DNA from: Eledone cirrhosa
Lineage: Eukaryota
NCBI GenBank assembly: GCA_964016885.1
Contig: CAXHJY010000343.1
Location: 62,001 to 126,000 of the forward strand
Direction: 5' to 3'
DNA: 64,000 nt
Part shown: piece by piece, positions 26,264-38,050 of the stretch
Numbering within the stretch: position 1 is the first letter of the stretch
Layout: the number at the start of each line of letters is the position of its first letter
Notes under the pieces: model-generated
Database searches by the model: none
Told to the model about the DNA's origin: nothing
Seen by the model: only the letters and a program-made list of their open reading frames with translations
Program-made: the position numbers and the translations under genes

Positions 26264-26459
26264 CAAAATAACAAAATGTTGAAGTTACAGACTTGATAAA
26301 TTCCTTAAATATAATTCTTTTATTAACATCAAATAGAATGAAATTTAGGACATAAATAGAATTTATAAAATTAATTATGAAAAATTAATAAATTGTTTAC
26401 AAAACAATGAAATCAATAAAAAAAAAGGGAGTCAGAAAGAAAAAGAAAAACAGGTAAAA

Positions 26460-27175
26460 CTACTCCTTCAATTACTGTAACAGAGAATGTTGGTGTTACC
26501 CTCTAAAATTTCTGAGACTAGACACTCACAGCAATACCTCAGATGATAGAGGGTCCCTCCAATTACACACTACAACAGGGAATGTTGGTGTAGGGCTCTA
26601 AAATGTATCATAGCAGAGAAGACATTACCTCAGGTGATAGAGGGTCCCTTAATTACACACACTCTAGGAGGGAATGTTGGTGTAGGCCTCTAAAATTTAA
26701 CATAGCAGAGAAGACATTACCTCAGGTGATAGAGGGTCCCTTAATTACACACTACAACAGGCAATGTTGGTGTAGGCCTCTAAAATTTAACATAGCAGAG
26801 AAGACATTACCTCAGGTGATAGAGGGTCCCTTAATTATACACTACAACAGGCAATGTTGGTGTAAGCCTCTAAAACTTTTCATAGCAGGTGAGAGACGGT
26901 CTCTTAATTACACACACTATAGGAGGGAATGTTGGTGTAGGCCTCTAAAATTCAACATAGCCCTAGAAGGCAATAACTTAGGTGATAGAGGTCCCTTAAT
27001 TACACACACTATAGCAGGAAATGTTAGTGTTGACAAACCAAGGCTGAAATTTCTGGCATAGATTTAAAATTAATTCAAAAAGTCAAGAATAGATCAGAGA
27101 AAGATTTTAATTTCAAATGAAAATAAAATACCTCAGGTGATAGAGGGTCCCTTAATTACACACTACACCAGGGAA
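26460..27175. repeat. ~90-93 bp tandem repeat (about 6-7 copies) abutting the 3' end of ZNF C
   Basis: Unit cctcaggtgatagagggtcccttaattacacactacaacagggaatgttggtgtaggcctctaaaa...; related to 37785-38050 (reverse complement). Confidence 0.88.
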
Positions 27176-28654
27176 TAGGGTTTCTCCCCAGTCTGTGTCC
27201 TTTTATGTATGGTTAAAGAACTGCTCTGTACAAACACTTTCCCACATATTTCACAATGATAGGGTTTCTCACCAGTGTGTGTGCTTTTGTGTACAGTTAA
27301 AGAAGGGCTTGTTACAAAAGATTTCCCACATATTTCACAGTGATAGGGTTTCTCACCAGTGTGTGTTCTTTTGTGTACAGTTAATGACTGCTTATTACAA
27401 AATATTTCCCACACATTTCCGTGATAGGGTTTCTCTCCAGTATGTGTTCTTTCATGTGTAGTTAAGACATCACTCCTCCCAAAATATTTCCCACATATTT
27501 CACAATGATAGGGTTTCTCTCCCGTATGTGTTCTTTCATGTGTAGTTAAGACATCACTCCTGCCAAAAGATTTCCCACATATTTCACAGTGATAGGGTTT
27601 CTCTCCAGTGTGTGTTCTTTTGTGTACAGTTAAAGAAGGGCTTGTTACAAAAGATTTCCCACATATTTCACAGTAACAGGGTTTCTCTCCAGTATGTGTT
27701 CTTTTGTGTACAGTTAAAGAAGGGCTTGTTACAAAAGATTTCCCACAGTGATAGGGTTTCTCTCCCCTGTGTGTTCTTTTGTGTTTAGTCAATGCACCAT
27801 TACTGCCAAAAGATTTTCCACTTATTTCACAATGATAAGGTTTCTCACCAGTGTGTATTCTTTTATGTTCAGTTAAATGACTGCTTATTACAAAAGATTT
27901 CCCACATATTTCACAGTGATAGGGTCTCTCTCCAGTATGTGTTCTTTCATGTGTAGTTAAGTCATTACTCCTGCCAAAAGATTTTCCACATATTTCACAA
28001 TGATGGGCTCTCTCTCCAGTGTGTCTTTTTTTATGTATAATTAAATGACTGCTTCTTACAAAATATTTCCCACATTTATCACAGTGATAGGGTTTCTCTC
28101 CAGTGTGTCTTCTTCTGTGAACTAAAAGTACAGCACTATCAGCAAAATATTTCCCACATATTTCACAGTGAACAGGTTTCTCTCCGGTGTGAATACGTAT
28201 ATGTCTAACAAGATTGGCTTTCTCAGCGAAAGTTTTCCCACATATTTCACAGTGAAAAGGTTTTTCCCCACTGCGACTACGTAAATGCCTAATTAAATTG
28301 GTATTTTGGCTGAAAGATTTCCCACATGTTTCACATTTGAAAGGTTTTTCTCCAGTGTGTGTTCTTTTGTGGTTAGTTAAATCACCACTCTAACTGAAAG
28401 ATTTCCCACATATCTCACAATGATAGGGTTTGTCTTTAATATGTATGTGTTTGTGTGTAGATAATTCATCTTCCGATGAGAAAGTTTTCCTACAAATCTC
28501 ACAGCTATATTCAGGAATATTTCTGCAATAATGATCCTTGTTCAGTACATGTTTCACTAGGTAAAGGTTTGTCACCACTGTATGCCTGTGTAACTGTATC
28601 TATATTGGTAGAAACAGGTGTGGTAGAAATGTCCAAGTGTTTAACGTCCTCCAT
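27163..28654 (-). pseudogene. C2H2 zinc-finger locus C (paralog of C'): +1 frameshift near 28525, in-frame TAG at 28390-28392, then an open frame down to 27163
   Basis: MEDVKHLDISTTP N-terminus matches 34884. My manual translation of 28389-27792 is stop-free tandem fingers in frame with ORF 27163-27792. Confidence 0.88.
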
Positions 28655-29441
28655 AGTAATTCTTGAAGAATTCTTCAAAGTTCTGAAGATATATGACTGT
28701 GTAAGACAGATGTTGGTATAAGAAAGTGTAAGAGAGATAGTGTGTGTGTGTTTGTGTCTTAATAAATGAGGATTGTTCTCCACTGAGTGTAGAAAAGTAC
28801 ACAATATCTGCTGTGTTAACAATACAAATAATACGTATTTTATATTTCAAGTCCAAGTGAAAAGTCAAGAAAGACCAGGAAAGCTAATTGTTCAGATGGT
28901 GGTGATTTAAACCTATTTCTCACTGTCCTGTAACATGTGGAACAACCAATTCACGATGTGGCGTAGTTTCTCATGAAATGAAATATTTAATCATGTAGGA
29001 GATGGAACACCTACCCTGGAACATGTAGCTCACTCTATGTTATCTACAGAATATTAACTTTCACCTTAACATGAGATAATTGCTATACAAGATATAATTA
29101 GATTAATTAAAGTTATTAAGATAGCAGGTACGTGGTATCGTTAATAATGTTTTCCCGGTCTTAAATAAAGCCGGTGTCATACGTTAAAAGTCCCTGACCT
29201 AATTTAATTCCTTCAGAAAGACCTTCAGTTATATCAATTCACTCCATCAATTGTATCCAACCCCTGGTGAAACAAACAACATTTCCCAGTAAAATATTTA
29301 TTACGTAACAACGAGGGAGTCTCTTACCTGGTTACTTGCCCTGGTAGAAATAGCAGCCAAATAACCCTCTAGCTCTAAATAAACATCGGCCATATACTGC
29401 AATTTAGTCACACATAAACACACGTTTATGTTTATATACAT

Positions 29442-29501
<60 letters not shown>

Positions 29502-29624
29502 ACGTGATGGTCACGGCTGGAACAACTTTAAATAAAGGATTATTCAATCATTCTAAGGCGATATTTATATAAAGCTAAAGTGGAGTTATCTCCCCTTGTA
29601 GTTTACTACATCACGTGGTCTGTG

Positions 29625-29960
29625 TGTCATCATCCTTATCACTGTTTAACGCCACGCTAGCATGGGTCAGACTAATTGCCCTATTGTGGGATCAGATGAC
29701 TGTGTCTTGCTCATACAGAACTGTTTCTAGCTTGGTCTCTACGTCTTCCCTTTTAACGTCAACCACATTTTCAGTGTGGAGACTGAGTGTTTTTATCATG
29801 GCTCCAAAACGACAACTTTACAGCGTGAACTCGGCGCTTTTTGTCGTGTTACCAACGTGACCAGATGACAGTATGGAGTGGCCGCCTTTTGTCGTAGCAC
29901 CAAAATGACCAAATTACAGTGTGGACTGGGAAAGTTTTATCACGTCAACAACACGACCAC
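29625..29960 (-). mobile_element. Old degenerate RTE 3' UTR fragment
   Basis: catcatc...gtttaacgccacgctagcatgggtcagac...caaccacattttcagtgtgga resembles the other RTE tails. Confidence 0.6.
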
Positions 29961-30124
29961 TTTACTGTGTCGGCTCGACGCTTTTCATCTTGTCACCAAG
30001 TTTGGGGTAGGCGTATATTGTGGTGTCACCATCACGATATTGGAGGCTAGACGTTTGGGTCGCTACCAAACCTACTCTACTGGGTGGACTGGGTTCCCCA
30101 ACATAACGACCATAAAGTACAGTT

Positions 30125-31416
30125 TGGTGCTCCTCGAGTTTTAGGGATTCAAACTCACACTCAGACAGACATTTTCAGTGTTATATATATACTAGCAGTG
30201 GTACCCGGCGTTGCACGGGATCTGTATTTTGGAACGCGGGCAGCCAACAGACTTAATCGTGGAAAATCTGCATGCCTGGACAATATGTAAAGAAAATAAA
30301 CCGAAAATAAACCGAATACTCTGATGGATAGATAATCTTTAAGATTTTCCTCGATGAAGCTGGAAAAATGTAGACCCTAGGGATTCAAGAAAATAATTTT
30401 TTTTATGTGCATAATATGCCTTGAAATTTCGATAAAAGTGGCTATACGTAACGCCTCCAAAAAGCCTGAAAAAGCTGAAAAAGCTGAAAAAATGAAGTTT
30501 TTCACCTAATGTGGGCCCTAGGCCATAAAAAAGTTGGATTTTCTTTGCTCGCGGTATGAAGAAGAGACTGACTAATACATAGTTACAATTTCAAGGTAAT
30601 CGGTCTGACGTAACGCCTAAAAAAAACCCTAAAAAACTGAAAAATCGCAGTTTTTCACCTAATGCGGGCCCTAGATGATCAAAAAGTAATACACATGTAA
30701 AGTTTGATTCCCTGAAACATAAGTATTACATTTGTAAAGTTTGAAAACAATCGGTATGGTGCTTCTCGAGTTTTAGAGATTCACACTCACACACACACAG
30801 ACAGATATCCTCAGTGTTATATATATACTAGCAGTGGTACCCGGCGTTGCACGGGATAAGGTATTTTGGAACGCGGGTTGCGAATAGACCTAATCGTGGA
30901 AAAACTGCATGCCTGGACAATATGTAAAGAAAATAAACCGAATACTTTGATGGCTGGATAATCTTTAAGATTTCCCTCGATGAAGCAGGAAAAATGCAGG
31001 TTTTCACCTAATGCGGGCCCTAGGGGATCAAGAAAGTGAATTTTTTTTTATGTGCATAATATGCCTTGAAATTTCGGGAAAATCGGTTAGACATGACGCC
31101 TCCAAGAAGCCCTAAAAGGCTGAAAAAATGAAATTTTTCACCTAATGCGGGCCTAGGCCATAATAGAGTTGGATTTTCTTTGCTTACGGTATGAAAAAGA
31201 GACTGACTAATACATAGTTACAATTTCAAGGAAATCGGTCTGACGTAATGCTACAAAAAAACCCTAAAAATGTTCAAAAACGCAGTTGAATTTTTTTTAT
31301 GTGCATAACACTCCCTGAAACATAAGTAATACACATGTAAAGTTTGAAAAAAATCAGTTGGGTACTTCTCCAGTTTTAGGGATTCAAACTCACATACACA
31401 GAGACAGACATCGACA

Positions 31417-31430
<14 letters not shown>
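30125..31430 (-). mobile_element. Head-to-tail tandem of non-autonomous Helitron-like elements (partial copy plus two ~636/600-bp copies)
   Basis: actagcagtggtacccggcgttgcacggga at 30191 and 30827. On the minus strand this is a GC hairpin followed by a terminal CTAG; internal subrepeats ttttcacctaatgcgggccctag. Confidence 0.75.
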
Positions 31431-31469
<39 letters not shown>

Positions 31470-31470
31470 C

Positions 31471-31511
<41 letters not shown>

Positions 31512-32290
31512 CACACAATGACAAACAGACAGAATCAGTATTTCATTTATGGACCTCAAAATATAGAAGCAGCTTCACCTCAGTGGGATTTTTACTCTGA
31601 GAGCTAGAGCAGACACTGAACATATATCCAGATGTGCACACATCTATAAATATACACATATCTACACACACATACACATATTTATACACACGTAATTATA
31701 CTCACATAAAGATATACATATACACAAATGAAGATACAATCATTTTTCGCATGTGGAGCGTACTTCATCTTTATACTGTATATGTGTACTGTATATGTGT
31801 GTGTATATATATATGTGTATATTTATGAGTGTATGTATGTACGTATTTGTATGAGTGGCCGTATGTATGTATGTCTATGTTTGTGTCTACGTGCGCTTAT
31901 ATGTATGTGTATACGCATGTATATGCGTATTTGTGTGTATATATATATATGGATATGTGTGCATGTGTATTTTTGTGTATTTATATATATATATATTTGA
32001 CGCTATAGTCACTTATATATTATGGAATACTGTTGGCTTCTTGCTACAATAATTTCTATACTTTTCATTTATATATATATATATGTAGTATAACAATAAA
32101 ATGTTAAAGGTAATCCGATAAGAGTCTACGAAAACGTCTCATGGACAGTTTAAGCACACGGTAGTATGGGACTCAACAAGATGTTTACTTTGGGGACAAT
32201 TGTGCTTGTCTTCCTATGTAAATATATCTTGGAGTAATAACAAAGTTAAGAATAACATGGTTGACAAAACAATCAAGGGTATTTAATTAT

Positions 32291-32395
32291 AGTCTTACAA
32301 TTGTTTCCATGGTGGAATTGTCTATAAATTACTAATACTGGAGAAGTATAAATCAACTTACAATACATTTAAATCAAACCATTTCATCAGAAACT
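32291..32395 (-). ncRNA. Type I hammerhead ribozyme motif with intact core
   Basis: Minus strand: agttt-CTGATGA-aatggt...accatg-GAAA-caattg-TA-agact. Stem I agttt/agact; stem II atggt/accat; palindromic stem III; GUA site. Confidence 0.65.
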
Positions 32396-32436
32396 CTTAA
32401 TAAATATAAAATATATGCCTAACGGTAAACTTAAAA

Positions 32437-33660
32437 GCACTACAACGGAATTGGCTGTCAGAAGTGAAAGTAGAAGAATGTGACGTCATTCGTCAACCTT
32501 CGTTTATTTCCGTATCACCACGGGTTTATTAATGTTTATTTACGTTAGCGTAGTAATCAATGAAAATATATTTATTTCGCTCTGTATATCAAATTAGAAA
32601 ACAAGTTAGCGTAATCGATTTGTTTTCAAATGAACATACTTTTATATATTTCAAAAATGTTTCAATAGCATGGATACAGTAAAGTGAGTAGATTTGCAAA
32701 CACATCGATTACGCTAACACCACCAATGCAGACTCTCACACAATCCCCACCACCACCATGTGTAAATAAATACACTTTGAAATCACCACGTTCATGTAAA
32801 ACTTGCTTTTTCACTTTGGGATAATACACGGATTTACTAGTTGAATAATATGAATTCTACATTATACCCCAGCGTGGAGTTAATCATCGCCATATTTCCA
32901 TCGCTACCCCTACTACAGCAGATACCATTAATTGGTTGAAAAACATGGACTTAATCCTGTATGTTATTAAAAGGTTCCCGCGTAGTACAGTAAATTAAAG
33001 CCTTTACGAACGGAACTATGCAATGAAAGTATTTTTAATAAGTGTATCTCATCTTAAACGTATCTCTTAGAAATTCATAAATGGCTGTGTAAACCCTTAC
33101 ACTTTAAAACAAAATTACAAACCAATTATGTGGTCATTGAAGTTGCTAGAAATAGCAGGCAAATCTTATACCCTCTGCCACATTAAAGAAAGAACGAAAA
33201 CGGGAGTAACTGGTTAATATTTATTGAAATATTCGAAGTGTTACAGCTTGGGACCTGATAAAAAGGAAATTATAGAGAATTTTAAATATTTCGAAGGCAC
33301 AAGCAATCGTCAAGGACTTTATACACTAATTCCCTCCTGTGTTCCTGGCAGCTGAGGATCAACCATCCATAAATAATCTCAATGGGGAAAACTTTCTTCA
33401 ATGTCTGCCAGTATTACAAAACAAGGTTATCTTGTAGTTACCCGCGTTAAATTGTTTTATTTAAAAGAAAGTCGGTAGTGTCGGCCCCCTGAACTTCATT
33501 TGTTTTCTAACTCTATAACTATGACTATGCATCAACAAGGTGATTTCAAAGTTTATTTATTTACACATGGTGGTGGTGGGGATACGGAAATATACGAAGG
33601 TTGACGAATGACGTCACATTCTTCTACTTTCACTTCTGACAGCCAATTCCGTTGTAGTGC
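32437..33660. mobile_element. ~1.2 kb non-autonomous DNA transposon or fold-back element with long terminal inverted repeats
   Basis: 32437-32516 plus 32743-32787 is the reverse complement of 33539-33660. Termini (g)CACTACAACGG; no clear target-site duplication. Confidence 0.75.
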
Positions 33661-33661
33661 C

Positions 33662-33745
<84 letters not shown>

Positions 33746-33886
33746 CATTATCGGAGAAAGCTTTTTAGCGATACTCCGGCCAAATTCCAACTCACTCAAC
33801 AAACATTAGGAAATAAGTGAGTATATTCCTAATTAAGCGTTTGGGGTGCTGGAAAATTGGCTGTATTATTTCATATGAGGCATATC

Positions 33887-33940
<54 letters not shown>

Positions 33941-33947
<7 letters not shown>

Positions 33948-34058
33948 TAAAGTTAGTCCTTTATCAGTGATCTTCCAACCATCATTGGTATTTCATCGCT
34001 CGATGAAATACCAATGATGGTTGGAAGATCACTGATGATGGACTAACTTTATTCATAT
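33941..34058. repeat. Near-perfect ~58-bp-stem hairpin (2 mismatches, minimal loop)
   Basis: atatgaataaagttagtcc...ggtatttcatcg-ct-cgatgaaatacc...ggactaactttattcatat. Confidence 0.93.
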
Positions 34059-34309
34059 GTAACCATGCAGCACGTTTATTCTCATATATATATATATATA
34101 TATACGTGTGTGTGAGAGAGTAAACTGCAAAATATGGTCTTTGTTGTTGTAAGACAGTAGATAGTGATATTTGGCTGCTATTTCTACCAAGTCAAGTAAC
34201 CAGGTAAGAGACACCCTCCTTGATACGTAATAAATATTTCACTGAGTGATGCTGCTTGTTTTACCATGGGTTTGATACAATTGATGGAGTGAATTGATGT
34301 AACTGAAGG

Positions 34310-34440
34310 TCTGGCTAAAGGTATTAAATTAGGTCAGGGACTTTTAACGTATGACACTCGTTTTATTTAAGAGCGCGGTAACATTTTCAACAACACCACG
34401 TACCTGCTATCTTAATTATAACTTTAATTAATCTAATTAT
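34310..34440 (+). promoter_or_regulatory. Conserved upstream element of the ZNF cassettes
   Basis: gtattaaatta...gggacttttaacgtatgacac...acctgctatcttaattataactttaattaatctaatt. Related copies at ~20230-20350(-), 29090-29230(-), 48620-48740(+), 55885-56000(-) and 62960-63075(+). Confidence 0.5.
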
Positions 34441-34606
34441 ATCTTGTGTATCAATTATCTCATGTTAAGGTGAAAGTTAATATTCTGTAGATAACATAGA
34501 GTGAGCTACATGTTCCAGGGTAGGTGTTCCATCTCCTACATGATTAAATATTTCATTTCATGAGAAACTACACTACATCTTGAATTGGTTGTTCCACATT
34601 TTACAG

Positions 34607-34695
34607 GACAGTGAGAAATAGGTTTAAATCACCAACATCTGAACAATTAGCTTTCCTGGTCTTTCTTGAATTTACACTTGGACTTGAAATATAAA
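34607..34695 (+). other. Candidate 89-bp non-coding 5' exon conserved across the ZNF loci
   Basis: cattttacAG|gacag...aaa|GTacgt. Same 89-bp spacing at 48873-48961, 20000-20088, 12630-12718 and 28839-28927 (donor mutated there); 81 bp at 40789-40869. Confidence 0.5.
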
Positions 34696-34883
34696 GTACG
34701 TATTATTTGTATTGTTACCACAGCAGATATTGTGTACTTTTCTACACTCCGTGGAGAACAATCCTGATTTATTAAGACACAAACACACACACACACACAC
34801 TCTCTCTTACACTTTCTTATACCAACATCAGTCTTACACAGTCACATATCTTCAGAACTTCGAAGAATTCTTCAAGAATTAGT

Positions 34884-36269
34884 ATGGAGGACGTTAAACA
34901 CTTGGACATTTCTACCACACCTATTTCTACCAATATAGATAGAGTTATACAGAGATACAGTGGTGAGAAACCTTTACCTAGTGAAACATGTACTGAACAA
35001 GGATCATTACACAGAAATATTCCTGAATATAGCTGTGAGATTTGTAGGAAAACTTTCTCATCAGAAGATGAATTATCTACACACAAACACAAACACTTCC
35101 ACTGTGAGACATGTGGGAAATCTTTTGTCTGTAACCGTGATTTATCTAAACACAAAAGAACATACACTGGAGAGGAACCCTTCAAATGTGAAATATGTGG
35201 GAAATGTTTCACTCAGAAATTCCATCTTGTTAGCCACATCCGTAGCCACACTGGGGAAAAACCCTATCATTGTGAAATATGTGGAAAGTCTTTTGTGTGG
35301 AACAGCAATTTATCTAATCACATAAGAACACATACAGGAGAGAAAACCTTCCATTGTGAAATATGTGGGAAATGTTTTCTTACAAGCAATCATTTTACTA
35401 GACACAAAAGAACACATACAGGAGAGAAACCCTTTCATTGTGAAATATGTGGGAAATCTTTTCCTGGGAGTTGGAAGCTTAATAATCATATACGTAGTCA
35501 CACTAGGGAAAATCCCTTCCATTGTGATACGTATGGGAAATCTTTTCTTTCAAACAACGACTTATGTAGACACAAAAGAACACACACTGGAGAGAAACCC
35601 TTCAAATGTGAAATATGTGGGCAATCTTTTGGCCAGAGCAATACTTTGTCACTACACAAAAGAACACACACTGGAGAGAAACCCTTCCATTGTGAAATAT
35701 GTGGGAAATATTTTGGCCATAGGTCTACTCTTTCACTACACAAAAGAACACACACTGAAGAGAAACCCTTCAAATGTGAAATATGTGGGAAATATTTTGC
35801 TACGAGGACACATTTAACTAAACATAAAAGAACACACACTGGGGAGAAACCCGTCCATTGTGAAATATGTGGCAAATCTTTTCTCCATAACTCTACTTTG
35901 ATTACACACAAAAGAACACATACTGGAGAAAAACCATTCGATTGTGAAATATGTGGGAAATGTTTTCTTACAAGGAATCATTTAACTGGACACAAAAGAA
36001 TACACACTGGAGAGAAACCCTTCCATTGTGAAATATGTGGGAAATCTTTTGTTGTAAGGAGCTATTTAACTATTCACAAAAGAACACACACTGGAGAGAA
36101 ACACTGTCATTGTGAAATATGTGGGAAATCTTTTGTTGTAAGGAGCTATTTAACTATACACAAAAGAACACACACTGGAGAGAAACCCTGTCATTGTGAA
36201 ATATGTGGGAAATGTTTCACTCAGAGATCCCATCTTGTTAAACGCTTACGTATTCACACTGGGGTATAA
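34884..36269 (+). CDS. C2H2 zinc-finger protein, locus C', ~15 finger repeats (3 degenerate), 461 aa
   Basis: Intact ATG-initiated ORF with a short S/T-rich N-terminus and a TGEKP-linked finger array. Confidence 0.9.
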   Translation: MEDVKHLDISTTPISTNIDRVIQRYSGEKPLPSETCTEQGSLHRNIPEYSCEICRKTFSSEDELSTHKHKHFHCETCGKSFVCNRDLSKHKRTYTGEEPFKCEICGKCFTQKFHLVSHIRSHTGEKPYHCEICGKSFVWNSNLSNHIRTHTGEKTFHCEICGKCFLTSNHFTRHKRTHTGEKPFHCEICGKSFPGSWKLNNHIRSHTRENPFHCDTYGKSFLSNNDLCRHKRTHTGEKPFKCEICGQSFGQSNTLSLHKRTHTGEKPFHCEICGKYFGHRSTLSLHKRTHTEEKPFKCEICGKYFATRTHLTKHKRTHTGEKPVHCEICGKSFLHNSTLITHKRTHTGEKPFDCEICGKCFLTRNHLTGHKRIHTGEKPFHCEICGKSFVVRSYLTIHKRTHTGEKHCHCEICGKSFVVRSYLTIHKRTHTGEKPCHCEICGKCFTQRSHLVKRLRIHTGV

Positions 36270-37590
36270 CCCTTCTGCAATGAAACGTGTACTGAACAAG
36301 AATATTTCTAAATATAGCTGTGAGATTTGTAGGAAAACATTCTCATCAGTAGATGGATTATCTACACACAAACACATACATATTAAAGACAAACCCTATC
36401 ACTGGGAAATATGTTGTCACACTGGGGAAAAAGCCATATCATTGTGATAAATCTTTTATTAAAACCAGTGATTTAAGAGTAACCTTTCCATTGTAAAATA
36501 TTTGGCTGTAGCTCTCATTTAATTATTCACAAAAGTACACACTGGAGAGAATCAATATCACTATATAGTAAGTCTTTCATTAGCAAATCTAATCTTCTTG
36601 ACAATATACATAGTGACACTGGAGAAAAAACACTTCCGTTGTGAAATATGTGAGTTGCTGTGATTTAAATAAACAGAAATAAACAGACTCGAGACAAACA
36701 ACATCACTGAAATATGTGGTAAGTTGGTACCTTGAAATTCTCATCTTGCTGGAGACATATATAGTAACACTGGAGTAAAACCCTGTCACTGTGAAATGTG
36801 TGGGTAATGTTTTCTTGAAAACAGTAGTTTAACTGTTCACAAAAGAACAAACACTTCCATTGTGAAATATGTGAGAAATATTTCATCAGGTGCAGTGATT
36901 TAAATAAGCACAAACAAACACAGTGGAGACAAACAACATCACTGTGAAATATATGGTAATGTGTTAACTTGAAATTCTCATTTTGTTTGACACTGGAGGA
37001 AAAAACTTTGCCACTGTGAAATGAGTGGGTAATCTTTCTTGAAAAACAATCATTTGAAGACAAACAAAAACAACACATACTGCAGAAAAATCATATCACT
37101 GTTAAAAATGAGGGGAAATGTTATGTTAAAAACAGTGTTTTGAAAGAACACACTGGAGAAAAACGATATCATCTAGGGGTTTACATTTTGTTACAAATGG
37201 TTCTTTACACATACTGGAGAAAAACCATATTATTTTTAAATATACAAATGGTTACAGAGTCACAAAAGAACACTTTGGAGAAAAACCTATCATTGTGAAA
37301 AATGTGAGAAATCTTTTACTGATAGTTTGGTACTTAATAAACATATATGTCTTCAGACTGGAGGAAAGAAACTTCCAGTGTGAAACATGTTGGACATCTT
37401 TTATTCAGAATTCTACTCATGTTGGCCACATAGTCAGACTGCAGAAAAAGGACCTTCCCCAGTGAAACATGAGGGAAATATTTTGTCTAACAGTAACTTA
37501 GACAGAAACACACACACTGGTGATAAAACTATTTAACTGTGAACCCTGAGATACCCTTCCTTTTACCAGTCTAAACTTATTGTCCACCAA
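36270..37590 (+). pseudogene. Decayed zinc-finger array directly following C', starting with a second copy of the first finger
   Basis: [31 protein letters not shown], then many cactggagaaaa / tgtgaaatatgtg motifs with stops and indels. Confidence 0.85.
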
Positions 37591-37784
37591 CATCAAAAAT
37601 GTAACCATTACACTTCTACCGACTCCATTTCTTAAATATGTTTTTAACTGGAATCAAAATTCTTTCCATGTCTAACTTTTGTCCTCCTAAATTCATTTTT
37701 AATGACATAAATGTGAAATACGTTTTCTTTTTTTTTTTTTGGTAATAACTAAAATTCCCTGTTGTATTGCATTAGTGAGAGACT

Positions 37785-38050
37785 CTCTATCACCTGAGGT
37801 AATGCTGTGTCTTGATTCTGATATGTTAGAGGTCAACACCAACATTCCCTCTTGTGATGTGTAATTGAGGGAGACCCTCTATCACCTGAGGTAATGCTGT
37901 GTCTTGATTCTGATATGTTAGAGGTCAACACCAACATTCCCTCTTGTGATGTGTAATTGAGGGAGACCCTCTATCACCTGAGGTAATGCTGTGTCTTGAT
38001 TCTGATATGTTAGAGGTCAACACCAACATTCCCTCTTGTGATGTGTGATT
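37785..38050. repeat. 93-bp tandem repeat x3, near-identical
   Basis: ctctatcacctgaggtaatgctgtgtc at 37785, 37878 and 37971. Confidence 0.92.

Noticed and set aside
26603-27061. 152-aa repetitive ORF
   Set aside because: Translation of the ~90-bp tandem repeat, antisense to the ZNF C 3' region.
34817-35911. Antisense and alternative-frame ORFs over the ZNF arrays ([13 protein letters not shown]..., MKYVGNLFL...)
   Set aside because: Well-known by-product of C2H2 repeat codon structure; seen at every ZNF locus here.
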